Source: Candidatus Heimdallarchaeota archaeon
GTDB lineage: Archaea; Asgardarchaeota; Heimdallarchaeia; Heimdallarchaeales; Heimdallarchaeaceae
Assembly (NCBI GenBank): GCA_016839945.1
Contig: JAEOTE010000108.1
Span: 14,365 to 78,364 of the forward strand
Direction: 5' to 3'
Length of the DNA stretch: 64,000 nt
Shown: piece after piece, positions 10,951 to 20,409 of the stretch
Layout: each line of letters begins with the position of its first letter
Position numbering within the stretch: the stretch's first letter is position 1
Made by a program: the position numbers and the translations under genes
Notes under the pieces: generated by a model
Database searches by the model: none
Told to the model about the DNA's origin: nothing
Seen by the model: the letters and a program-made list of their open reading frames with translations, nothing else

Positions 10951-11511
10951 ATGAAAGAGATACTTGAAAAAGGTTCCCCATTTATAGGAGAAAAAGTAAA
11001 ATTACGCCCAATAGAAAAATCAGATATAGACAAAATTATGGAACATTGGAATACTTACGAATCTAGGATATTTCTAGGAACCATTATTCCTATGTCAAGC
11101 ATGATGGAAGAGGATTGGATTAATAGTGTTCATCAAAGAAGAAAAAAAATGGAAGCTTTCTATTTTGCAATTGAAGACAAAGAAACCAAAGAATTTCTTG
11201 GAACATGTGGTTTAGAGAGTATCTTCTGGACCTCACGATCAGCTGTTTTAGGAATTGCCATTCACAATCCTGAAAACCATAACAAAGGTTTTGGAACAGA
11301 TACAATGAAATGCTTATTGAAATTTGGTTTTAACATTTTGAATTTAAACCGCATTGAACTTTGGGTAATGGAATACAACAAAAGAGCAATACATGTTTAT
11401 GAAAAAATAGGTTTTCAAGAGATTGGCAAGAAAAGGCAAGGACATTTTATACAAGGCTCTTATCATGATATCATTGTAATGGATATCTTAAAATCAGATT
11501 TTGATGAGTAA
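10951..11511 (+). CDS. GNAT family N-acetyltransferase (RimJ/RimL-like)
   Basis: Acetyl-CoA binding region ...NKGFGTDTMKCLLKFGF... and NKRAIHVYEKIGFQEIG. Confidence 0.75.
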   Translation: MKEILEKGSPFIGEKVKLRPIEKSDIDKIMEHWNTYESRIFLGTIIPMSSMMEEDWINSVHQRRKKMEAFYFAIEDKETKEFLGTCGLESIFWTSRSAVLGIAIHNPENHNKGFGTDTMKCLLKFGFNILNLNRIELWVMEYNKRAIHVYEKIGFQEIGKKRQGHFIQGSYHDIIVMDILKSDFDE

Positions 11512-11533
11512 AAAAGAAGTGTAAAACACTTCT

Positions 11534-12592
11534 CTATATTTTACAGAAATTAACGACTAATTTTATTGCATTTTCGATATCTTCTACATTGAGAAGACCT
11601 GCACTAGCATGGATATATCTACAAGGTACAGCAACAACACCTGATGGTATTCCAGACCTTGTCAATGAAATACTACCTGCATCTGTTCCACCTGTTACTG
11701 ATTTCTTGTATTGCCATTTTATATCATCTATTTCTGCTGCTTTTTTTATTCGATCAATGATTGTTTTTGGAACAATTAGTGATCTATCAGCTGTTGTAAT
11801 TGCTGGGCCTTCACCAATCTTTGTAGATACTTTTGGAATACTAACGTTGGGTACATCATTTGCTGATGTATTTTCGATTGCCAGTGCTATGTTTGGTTCA
11901 AGTGTATATGCTGCAGCTTTGGCTCCTCTTAATCCCACTTCTTCTTGTACTGCAAAATTGATTAAAAGTGTATTTGGTATTTTCTCCCCTTTTAGTGATT
12001 CTAGAACCTGGAGTATAATATTGCATCCTGTTCTATCATCAAAGGCTTTTCCTAATAGAATATCTTCATTCAACTGAATACATTCAATGTAGAAAGTTCC
12101 TACTGAACCTATATCTAATTTCCTTTCTATAACCTCTTCTTTTGTTTTGCAACCGATATCAACAAACATCTCAGTTATGTCTGGAACTTTTTCTCTCTCA
12201 TCTGGTTTGGTGAAATGAGGTGGTGTTGAACTAACAACTCCAATTGTACGTTCTCTGTCCTCGTTTTGAAATTGTAATAAAGTGCTTAACATTAATCGTT
12301 TATCTACCCCTCCTAAGGGAGTTATATAGATGAATCCATCATCAGAAATATGAGTAATCATAAAACCTACTTCATCAACATGAGCATCTAGTAGAATCCT
12401 TAGTCCATTTGGATCTGAACCTTCCTTTATTGCTAAAACATTACCTAAGGGATCTATCCAAGCTTTATCTACATCAAGTTGCTCGAGTTTGAGGAGTAAA
12501 TAATCTGTCACCTCTTCTTCACGTCCAGGGCACCCTATTAGATTGCTCAGCTCCTTCTGTATTGTTATAATATTTTCACGATTCACATTCAT
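11534..12592 (-). CDS. M42 family metallo-aminopeptidase (FrvX/TET-like)
   Basis: HVDEVGFMITHI, FDDRTGC and QEEVGLRGA motifs characteristic of M42 peptidases. Confidence 0.8.
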   Translation of the reverse strand: MNVNRENIITIQKELSNLIGCPGREEEVTDYLLLKLEQLDVDKAWIDPLGNVLAIKEGSDPNGLRILLDAHVDEVGFMITHISDDGFIYITPLGGVDKRLMLSTLLQFQNEDRERTIGVVSSTPPHFTKPDEREKVPDITEMFVDIGCKTKEEVIERKLDIGSVGTFYIECIQLNEDILLGKAFDDRTGCNIILQVLESLKGEKIPNTLLINFAVQEEVGLRGAKAAAYTLEPNIALAIENTSANDVPNVSIPKVSTKIGEGPAITTADRSLIVPKTIIDRIKKAAEIDDIKWQYKKSVTGGTDAGSISLTRSGIPSGVVAVPCRYIHASAGLLNVEDIENAIKLVVNFCKI

Positions 12593-12711
12593 TTTAAACT
12601 CACTTTAGTATTTGTAGTAGTCATTTAAAAGTTTCTTCAAAGCAACTATAACTTATTCACTGGAAAATTCGATGAGTAGTAATCTTTATTTAATGATTTT
12701 TTTCAAGGTTT

Positions 12712-13521
12712 TTGATAAATATGAAAATCGTTGTGTTCATAAGTCAAATTGTCAACCCTCAAGTTAAACTACAAGGTGTTGATTACTTTGATTCATCACG
12801 AGTAAATGAAGATGATTTAATTATCAACCCATATGGAAAGAATGCTATAGAAGGTGCTTTAAAACTTAAGGAAATACTAGGTGCAGACGTTACAGCTGTC
12901 TGTTCTAAAGGTTTAAAGCCTAATAAAGCTCTTCGAGAAGCAATCGCAATGGGTTGTGATAATGCAATAGAAGTTGCAGATGAAACATTTTACACAGAAG
13001 ATCCACTAATTTTAGCTAAAATTTACACTAATATCTTAGAAAAAATAGAAGAATTTGATTTAGTTCTTCTTGGGGTTGAAGAACAATCTACTAGTTCTTA
13101 CGCAACTGCTGCAATGCTAGCAGAAAAACTCAATCTCCCAAGTGTGCTTTACGCAGAAGAAATAGAAATTCAAGGAGATAAATTAAGAGTTGGTCATGTT
13201 TTAGAAGGTGGAAGAAAAATTGTTGAAATGCCTATGAAAGGAATTATCAGTTGTAGTGATAGTCAATTTTTCATTCCAAGATATACAACTATGAAAGGTA
13301 TCTTAAACGCAAAAAGAGCTGAAATTCCTATCTGGAATGCAGCTGATATTGGAGTTAGCGCAAGTGTTGTTGGAGAAGAAGCAGCTTCTCTTAAACAAAT
13401 ATCTCTTTCTAATATAGTTATTGAAAAAGAAAGCTTCATCATAAAGGAAGGGGAACCTGAAGAGCAAGTTGATAAACTTCTTGCGAAATTGAAAGAGGAT
13501 GGAGTTAAACTAGGAGTGTGA
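12712..13521 (+). CDS. etfB: Electron transfer flavoprotein beta subunit (FixA)
   Basis: ETF-beta-like sequence immediately upstream of etfA and part of a fixABCX arrangement. The listed start is TTG; ATG at 12721 is more likely. Confidence 0.85.
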   Translation: MINMKIVVFISQIVNPQVKLQGVDYFDSSRVNEDDLIINPYGKNAIEGALKLKEILGADVTAVCSKGLKPNKALREAIAMGCDNAIEVADETFYTEDPLILAKIYTNILEKIEEFDLVLLGVEEQSTSSYATAAMLAEKLNLPSVLYAEEIEIQGDKLRVGHVLEGGRKIVEMPMKGIISCSDSQFFIPRYTTMKGILNAKRAEIPIWNAADIGVSASVVGEEAASLKQISLSNIVIEKESFIIKEGEPEEQVDKLLAKLKEDGVKLGV

Positions 13522-13522
13522 T

Positions 13523-14488
13523 ATGAAGATGAAAGCGTTAATATTCTTACAAATAAGAGAAGATCTTGTTGAAGAAAATACTCTAGGAATCCTTAATAAA
13601 TTAATTGAAACCAATCCAAGCATTGAAATTCATGGAGCTCTCTTAAGAGATCAAATTAAGAGTGAGTGGGTTGAGGAAGCTGGAAAACATGGAGTTAAAA
13701 AAATCCATACTGTGAAAGCATCTGAACTAGAAGTATATCTAAGTATACCCTATGTAAAATCTATGCTTGAAATCATAAAAGATATTGAACCAAATCTAGT
13801 TATAGCTGCTGGTACAGTATATGGTGAGGATCTAATTCCTAGACTTGCAGTACAACACGGAGTTTCATGTGCAGAAAGAATCACTGATATTACTTTTGAT
13901 AGTGGAGAAATTATATTCCATTCTCCTGTCAGAGACGATCAAGTAATGAAAGCAACTAAAATTGTTGGACCAATCAAATTTGCAACTACTAGAACAGGAG
14001 CTTTCTTTGTAAATGAGAATCCATCTGGTAGTTCTCCAGAGGTAACAGAAGTATCAGTTACTTTTGATGAAGATGATATGGTTGTAAAACATATTGAAAT
14101 CAAAAAAGCTGAGAGAACTGTAAATCTTAAAGATGCAAAAGTAATTGTTGCAGGTGGTCGTGGAGTTGGAGGAAAAGAAAACTTCCAAATAATCAAAGAA
14201 ATCGCTAAATTGCTTGATGGTGAAATTGGAGCGACAAGAGCATGCACAGATGTTCATTGGATAGAAGAAACATATGAAATTGGGCAAACAGGTCAGTCTG
14301 TTTCTCCAGATTTGTACATTGGTGCAGGAATCAGTGGAGCTCCTCAACATATGTCAGGAATTAAAGCAAAAACATTGATTGCAATTAATACTGATGAAGG
14401 TGCTCCAATCTTTAATTATGCTGATTATGGTATAGTTGGAGATATGCACTTGATTTTACCAATTTTAAAGAAGAAGTTAGAAGGATAG
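13523..14488 (+). CDS. etfA: Electron transfer flavoprotein alpha subunit (FixB)
   Basis: C-terminal FAD-binding signature IGAGISGAPQHMSGI. 321 aa. Confidence 0.85.
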   Translation: MKMKALIFLQIREDLVEENTLGILNKLIETNPSIEIHGALLRDQIKSEWVEEAGKHGVKKIHTVKASELEVYLSIPYVKSMLEIIKDIEPNLVIAAGTVYGEDLIPRLAVQHGVSCAERITDITFDSGEIIFHSPVRDDQVMKATKIVGPIKFATTRTGAFFVNENPSGSSPEVTEVSVTFDEDDMVVKHIEIKKAERTVNLKDAKVIVAGGRGVGGKENFQIIKEIAKLLDGEIGATRACTDVHWIEETYEIGQTGQSVSPDLYIGAGISGAPQHMSGIKAKTLIAINTDEGAPIFNYADYGIVGDMHLILPILKKKLEG

Positions 14489-14557
14489 ACTTATTCCTTT
14501 CTTTTTTCCTTTATTTTATAAAAAAAGTTTAAATAAATTCATTTTGAGTTATCAGCT

Positions 14558-15241
14558 GTGAAAGGCATTTTTCGAAATGAAAGAATCAAGGAATTAGAGA
14601 ACAATCGAACACCTGTAAAATTCCTTGAAAACGCGAAAATTGTATTGCATATTATTCCTGAAGAATCAACAAAAATAGATAAGCTGTACAACATTGAGAT
14701 AATAACCAGAAGTCCTTCTAGATTGGAACCCATAAAAGCTATGGGTATTGAATCAAACCATACTTTTGATGGTTTCTTAACACAGACTCAAGATCTTTCA
14801 GGTATTGCACGCTCCTATGTTCATCTTTACAAAAATGGTATAATAGAGGCTGTAGAAGGTAGTATTCTCAAGCCAATTGTAAATCGACTTGAAATTCCAA
14901 GTGTTGATCTTGAAAAAGAAATAATTGAAACTTTTCCTAGATATGTTCAAGTTTTAAAAACTATAGAAGCTGAAACTCCTATTACACTTTTCCTAACCTT
15001 GGTAGGTGTAAAAGGGTATATTTTGAAACTCAATAAGGAGATTTTAGGAGCTAATCCAACACCTATTGAAGAAGATACTTTAAAACTTGCAGATATTTTT
15101 GTTGAAGATTATGATGAATTCATAATAATTCCAAGATTGCTTCAACCATGGTTTGATGAAATTTGGCAAGCTTGTGGATTATTCAAATCATTCAATTATG
15201 ATGAAGAAGGAAATTGGGGACAAGGTTTAAACATGAATTAG
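14558..15241 (+). CDS. Hypothetical protein inserted between fixB and fixC
   Basis: 227-codon ORF in stop-rich AT-rich DNA. GTG start with no nearby in-frame ATG. No motif recognised. Confidence 0.5.
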   Translation: MKGIFRNERIKELENNRTPVKFLENAKIVLHIIPEESTKIDKLYNIEIITRSPSRLEPIKAMGIESNHTFDGFLTQTQDLSGIARSYVHLYKNGIIEAVEGSILKPIVNRLEIPSVDLEKEIIETFPRYVQVLKTIEAETPITLFLTLVGVKGYILKLNKEILGANPTPIEEDTLKLADIFVEDYDEFIIIPRLLQPWFDEIWQACGLFKSFNYDEEGNWGQGLNMN

Positions 15242-15303
15242 TAAACAATCGACAAAATTTGCTTATTCGCATAATTTATAAATCAAATTTCAATCGAAAC
15301 CTA

Positions 15304-16596
15304 ATGACTAATGATTATGATTTTGATGTAGCTGTGATAGGTGGAGGACCAGCTGGAATTGCGACTGCTCTTACTCTTGCTAAAGCTGGAGTAGAAGTTG
15401 TTGTTCTAGAGAGAGGTCAATATCCTGGAGCTAAAAATGTTAGCGGAGCCGCATTATATGGTCCTGTTCTAAACAAACTTATTCCTAATTACTGGGAAGA
15501 AGATTCTTTTGAAAGAAATCTTATTTCTAAGAAAATAACTTTACTTTCTGATATACGTTCTATGACTATTGATGTCAACTTGAAAGATTTCAATGAACCG
15601 CCATATAATGGAATATCTGTTATTCGTCCAAAATTTGATAGGTGGTTAGCTGGTAAAGCCGAAGAAGCTGGAGCTATGATCCTTCCTGATTCCATAGTTG
15701 ACGATTTTGTTTGGGATGATAAACAGATTTGTGGAGTAAAGTCTGGAGATGAGGAATTAAGGACAAAACTTGTGATTATTGCTGAAGGTTCTAATAATAT
15801 TCTTACTGAAAAAGCTGGTTTAGCAAAAAAACCAAATCCTCAACATCATGCAGTGGGAATGAAAGAAACTTATGAATTATCTCAAAAACAAATTGAAGCA
15901 AGATTTCAAATCTCTGGAAAAGAAGGGATCAGTAATGAGATTTTGGGATATACAAAGGGAATTCCTGGAGGAGGATTTTTCTATACAAACAAAAATACAT
16001 TATCTTTTGGATTAATTCTTAACTTGAAAGATTTAGTTCAACAAAAACTTAAAGCATTTGAAGTTTTAGAATACTTCAAATCTCACCCATATATTCAAAA
16101 TCTACTCAAAGATGCAAAGATGATAGAATATTCAGCTCACACTATTCCTGAAGGAGGGTTTAAACATATGTCTAAACTTTACGGGAATGGTGTTATGGTT
16201 GTAGGTGATGCTGCAGGTCTTGTTTTGAATGCAGGATTATACATTGAAGGGATCAATTTTGCACTAGAATCTGGAAGAATTGCAGGAGAAACTGCACTAA
16301 AAATTCTTGAAATAGGTGATTACTCTCGTAAGAATACAAAATTGTATCTTAAGAATATGAAAGAAAGTTTTGCTTACCAAGATATGAAAAAGTTCAAACG
16401 TGCTGCCAAATTCCTGGAAAACAAGAGAGTCTTTACAGTATATCCCGATATGCTAACAGGTTTAATGGAAAGAATTCTCAAAAATACTGGGAGACCTAGA
16501 AGAAGAATTCTTCTAACAGCAATTATTTATGTTCTGCGAAAAGCAGGAATTCTCGGTTTAGCAAAAGATGCAATAGGAGGATTGAGATCAATATGA
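15304..16596 (+). CDS. fixC: FixC-type FAD-dependent ETF-associated oxidoreductase
   Basis: FAD fold DVAVIGGGPAGIATA and GDAAGLV motif. I place the start at ATG 15304; the listed start 15214 adds 30 non-conserved codons that overlap the upstream ORF. Confidence 0.85.
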   Translation: MTNDYDFDVAVIGGGPAGIATALTLAKAGVEVVVLERGQYPGAKNVSGAALYGPVLNKLIPNYWEEDSFERNLISKKITLLSDIRSMTIDVNLKDFNEPPYNGISVIRPKFDRWLAGKAEEAGAMILPDSIVDDFVWDDKQICGVKSGDEELRTKLVIIAEGSNNILTEKAGLAKKPNPQHHAVGMKETYELSQKQIEARFQISGKEGISNEILGYTKGIPGGGFFYTNKNTLSFGLILNLKDLVQQKLKAFEVLEYFKSHPYIQNLLKDAKMIEYSAHTIPEGGFKHMSKLYGNGVMVVGDAAGLVLNAGLYIEGINFALESGRIAGETALKILEIGDYSRKNTKLYLKNMKESFAYQDMKKFKRAAKFLENKRVFTVYPDMLTGLMERILKNTGRPRRRILLTAIIYVLRKAGILGLAKDAIGGLRSI

Positions 16597-16904
16597 GCAA
16601 AGCAAAAAAACCAATGACTATAGAAGAGAAATTAGATTTAACTAAGTTTACTTCAGATCAAAATTATGCGCATATAACTATAAATCCAGAGATATGTAAA
16701 ACTAAATGCACAACATATGATTGTGTATATGGATGTCCAGCAAACTGTTACAAATTCACCGAAGGAGAAGATGCAGAAGGTCCTGTTTCTTTTGATTACA
16801 TCGCATGTTTAGAATGTGGAACATGCAGAATCGTTTGTCCTCATGAGAGTGTTGACTGGAATCATCCAAAAGGTGGATTTGGTGTAGAATTCAAACACAG
16901 TTAG
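16593..16904 (+). CDS. fixX: FixX ferredoxin-like protein
   Basis: 103 aa with Cys pattern CVYGCPANC...CLECGTCRIVCP. ATGA overlap with the fixC stop. Confidence 0.85.
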   Translation: MSKAKKPMTIEEKLDLTKFTSDQNYAHITINPEICKTKCTTYDCVYGCPANCYKFTEGEDAEGPVSFDYIACLECGTCRIVCPHESVDWNHPKGGFGVEFKHS

Positions 16905-16994
16905 TTTTTTCACATTTCTCTTTTCTTTATATTTTGAGAACACTTATTAGTACTTTTGCTAAAATTTCGTAGAGTAAGCTTTGAGTGATTGACA

Positions 16995-18131
16995 ATGGAA
17001 AGGAGAATTGTAGCATCAATTACAATAGTCGGAGTAATTCTCTTATCTCTGAATTTCAAGCACCCAACAATCAAATCTTTTATTGGAGATAATCAACCAG
17101 TAGGATCTTTGGTTTTATCCCTTACTCCTCATTTACCTTTCCAAATAACGCATGATGACAATTTTACACATTATGGATTTAGTGGATATGGAAATAAAAG
17201 TCACCCCTACATCATTGAAGATTATAGTATAATATCTTCTGATGCTTATGGTATTTACATCGAAAGAACTACTAAATTCTTTGTTATTCGTAATTGCTAT
17301 ATAGACGTAGGAGAAAACGGTATTTACATTTTAGCTGTTGCTGATGGAACAGCTTCTATAATAAAAAATACATGTAAGAATAATGATTTTGGCATCAAGC
17401 TAATAAATACTTCACAGGCTGTTCTTGCTAATAATACTTGCACTAATAATGAGTTTAGTATCCAGTTGTATAGATCTCCAGATGCAAACATCACTTCAAA
17501 TATTTGCATAAATAATGGTTTTCATGGGATTTATCTTGAAAATTGTCTTAGTCCTGTTTTGATTAATAATACTTGTAATAAAAACAACATCTGTGGAACA
17601 TTATTGTATGCTTCTTTTGGTGCATATTTTATAAACAATACTTGTTCAGATAATAGTCTCAATGGTATATATCTTGATGCGACTATGAATGCTCATATCA
17701 TAAATAATACTTTTGAAGGGAATATTCGCTATGGAGTAGAGCTTTCTATAAGTGATCTATGTTTTATTACATATAATGCTCTTCTAGATAACAATCTATA
17801 TGGAGTGTATTTAGAAGCAGGATCTGATAACAACGTTATTCATCACAATACTTTCCATAATAATAATCTTGGTGGAACTTCTCAAGCTTATGATGATGGG
17901 AATAATAACCAATTTTATGAAATTGCTACAAATCAAGGGAATTATTGGTCAACTTGGTTATCTGGAAGTTATTCAATAGATGGAAGTGCTAATTCAGAAG
18001 ATCCTTATCCTTTAGGAGAACCTTTAGTCCCAGTTTTTGAGTATACACAGAAAAACATAGTCTTAATTTGTCTAGTATCTTTGGTAGCAATATTTTCTTC
18101 AGTTTTCAGAAAAGTGAGGAAAAAGAACTAA
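16995..18131 (+). CDS. Surface protein with right-handed parallel beta-helix (PbH1/NosD-like) repeats
   Basis: N-terminal hydrophobic signal/anchor. About 10 repeats of 22-23 aa (NNTC.NN..GI.L). Many N-x-S/T sequons. C-terminal TM helix followed by the basic tail RKVRKKN. ATG at 16995 preferred over the listed TTG at 16989. Confidence 0.7.
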   Translation: MERRIVASITIVGVILLSLNFKHPTIKSFIGDNQPVGSLVLSLTPHLPFQITHDDNFTHYGFSGYGNKSHPYIIEDYSIISSDAYGIYIERTTKFFVIRNCYIDVGENGIYILAVADGTASIIKNTCKNNDFGIKLINTSQAVLANNTCTNNEFSIQLYRSPDANITSNICINNGFHGIYLENCLSPVLINNTCNKNNICGTLLYASFGAYFINNTCSDNSLNGIYLDATMNAHIINNTFEGNIRYGVELSISDLCFITYNALLDNNLYGVYLEAGSDNNVIHHNTFHNNNLGGTSQAYDDGNNNQFYEIATNQGNYWSTWLSGSYSIDGSANSEDPYPLGEPLVPVFEYTQKNIVLICLVSLVAIFSSVFRKVRKKN

Positions 18132-18220
18132 AATCATTTTCAATTATTTATATCAAGAATTTCATCTCCTTTTATATCGAAAAAAGGTTAAATTACTGAT
18201 AATAGAAAAAGTGGATTGAC

Positions 18221-19462
18221 ATGAATATCCAGCCATTTAAAGCTAAAACACTTGTCAGAACAAGTTCTCAGACAGCTACTCATGTTCATCTCAATCCATA
18301 TCAAGGATGTTATCATAATTGTTCATACTGTTTTGGAAAATCTGATGAGTATTTCATGCACAAGGACTATGGTGAAAGAATTAGAGTTAAGATAAATGCT
18401 CCTGAGCTCCTAGAAGAGTATCTGAAGAAGAAAGGTTTTATTCCATATAACAGGGATAAAACGTCCACTCTAGTTGACTATATTTCATATTCAAATAATG
18501 ACATCAAATCAAGTCTCCCACCCAAGTTTGTAATAAGCATGTTTGGGAATGTTTGTGATGTTTACCAACCTGCTGAAAAAAAAGTAGAAATTACTAGAAA
18601 ATTACTGCAAATAGCATATGATTATGGATTTCCCGTAAGATTACTAACAAAAAGTAATCTCGTTCTTCGAGATATTGATCTTCTCAAGAAAATTCATCAA
18701 GATTCTTATGCTCGTGTTGCAATTACTGTAACTCTCTATGATGAAGAAATGCAAAAGATATTTGAACCAAATGCCAGTCTAACATCAGAACGTTTTGATA
18801 CTGTAAAAAGATTGAGAGAAAACGGGATTTCATCTGGAATATATATAACGCCAGTTATACCATTCATTGGCGATAGCAGTGAAAATCTTTCACAGATTAT
18901 TAGCAAAGCCAAAGAAGTTAATGCAGAATTTATTATCTCAGGAGGTCTAACTTTATCTCTAGGTAGAAACAAACAAGAATTTATGGATTCTATAAAAACA
19001 CATTTTCCCGAATATCTGGAAAGATTCAAGCTTCTTTATGACAATAATGATAAATACGGACAGCCAAATTCCAAAATAGCTGAATCATACAATCTTTTAG
19101 ATCCCATCAAAAAAGGATATGAGCTCTGTAAAAGAAATAACATGTTTTTCTATGAACCAAGGATAATTCCAGAGGGACAAATTAATACAAATTTATTGAT
19201 CGCCACTGCTCTGTATAGAATTGCATTTCTTCAAGAAAAAATCTACAAATCAGAAGAAATTAACATTAAAGAATATCATAAAGCTGCAAAATATTGTGAA
19301 TTATTACCTCAAGACATATCTTCAATGACAAATGGGGAAATTCAAACACTTCCTTTTTCAAGAGATATCACTGATATTATCTCAGAAATTGTTGACACGA
19401 ATAATTGCCAATTTCTCTCTTCAAAAAATGAATGGAAGGAACTTATAGCTACCAAAAATTAA
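18221..19462 (+). CDS. Radical SAM protein, SplB-like (COG1533-type)
   Basis: CxxxCxxC cluster motif within NPYQGCYHNCSYCFG. Confidence 0.7.
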   Translation: MNIQPFKAKTLVRTSSQTATHVHLNPYQGCYHNCSYCFGKSDEYFMHKDYGERIRVKINAPELLEEYLKKKGFIPYNRDKTSTLVDYISYSNNDIKSSLPPKFVISMFGNVCDVYQPAEKKVEITRKLLQIAYDYGFPVRLLTKSNLVLRDIDLLKKIHQDSYARVAITVTLYDEEMQKIFEPNASLTSERFDTVKRLRENGISSGIYITPVIPFIGDSSENLSQIISKAKEVNAEFIISGGLTLSLGRNKQEFMDSIKTHFPEYLERFKLLYDNNDKYGQPNSKIAESYNLLDPIKKGYELCKRNNMFFYEPRIIPEGQINTNLLIATALYRIAFLQEKIYKSEEINIKEYHKAAKYCELLPQDISSMTNGEIQTLPFSRDITDIISEIVDTNNCQFLSSKNEWKELIATKN

Positions 19463-19539
19463 TGTTTTTTCATTATTTTCTATTTAAATTACTATATTTC
19501 TTTGCGATAAGTTTTAAAAAACGATAGTATATTATTTTA

Positions 19540-20409
19540 TTGAGTTCGATGAGTGCATTGGATAAATTAAAAGAAATTATTCCCAAAGTAATTGTGGGAT
19601 CAGCAAGATATCACACCTTTGATTCTATACCTGATGATTATCCAGTCAAGAATCTAGAATCACTTCTTTCTATGGTTACTAGATCTTATCACGCTGGTGC
19701 TGAAGGTTGTTTATTTTATCTTTACAATGATGAAATGGTGCAATTCCTCAATGTTCTAAATGATGAATTAAGTGAAATTAAAATTATGTTAATTATCAAA
19801 TTTGTAGACATTGGTGAAATAACTCGACTTATGGATAATTTGAATTTTTCACCTACTGCTTTATTCTTAGACTATAATCTCGCAGATCAAAGAGACAATG
19901 ATTTGCTAAATAAATACCTCAATGCTCTCTCAAAGTATTGTAAAAACATAGGGATTTATACTAAAGAGCCTATTGGGTCAGTATCGTTTTTCATAACATC
20001 TAATCCAAAAATTAATCTCTTTTTGCTTCCTTTTAACATGCTAGGTTTAGGATTACAAAACAGAAGCTTGATAGAAATGATAGTTAATTCTTCTGAAAAT
20101 GTTTACATCGCCAGTAATCCTTTAGCTGAAGGAAAAATTAAACCAATACAAGCATTTGAATATGTGACAACTCATAGAGTTCATGGGTCTAATATAGAAT
20201 TTCTAGAACTTGAGACAGTACTAGATTCAATCAAGTTTGCAAAGTATTTCTTAGAAACACATGATTTTCTACAGATTGCACTAGAATTTGAAGACCACAG
20301 TGAAGTATGCGAAACTTGCGGTTTAGGGATGTCAAGATATTATCCTCCTACAGGAGGAAGTTGGTGGTATTGCGCTCAATGCCAAGCTAAAAAAGAGTTA
20401 CCAGAGTAG
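19540..20409 (+). CDS. Hypothetical protein with C-terminal zinc ribbon (weak aldo/keto-reductase-like pattern)
   Basis: C-terminal CETCG...(15)...CAQC zinc ribbon. Faint AKR-like segments (IGIYTKEP, IASNPLAEGKI). ATG at 19549 is a possible alternative to the listed TTG. Confidence 0.5.
   Translation: MSSMSALDKLKEIIPKVIVGSARYHTFDSIPDDYPVKNLESLLSMVTRSYHAGAEGCLFYLYNDEMVQFLNVLNDELSEIKIMLIIKFVDIGEITRLMDNLNFSPTALFLDYNLADQRDNDLLNKYLNALSKYCKNIGIYTKEPIGSVSFFITSNPKINLFLLPFNMLGLGLQNRSLIEMIVNSSENVYIASNPLAEGKIKPIQAFEYVTTHRVHGSNIEFLELETVLDSIKFAKYFLETHDFLQIALEFEDHSEVCETCGLGMSRYYPPTGGSWWYCAQCQAKKELPE

Noticed and set aside
11589-12077. 162-aa ORF antisense to the M42 peptidase gene. Similar antisense or alternative-frame ORFs occur at 2116-2298, 2904-3149, 6387-6728, 8027-8251, 9155-9355, 9500-9868, 13939-14350, 27896-28093, 42349-42582, 44440-44727, 45600-45881 and elsewhere.
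   Set aside because: Each lies wholly inside a longer ORF on the other strand or frame that has clear family motifs. Their low-complexity, Ser/Ile/Phe-rich translations look like shadow ORFs.
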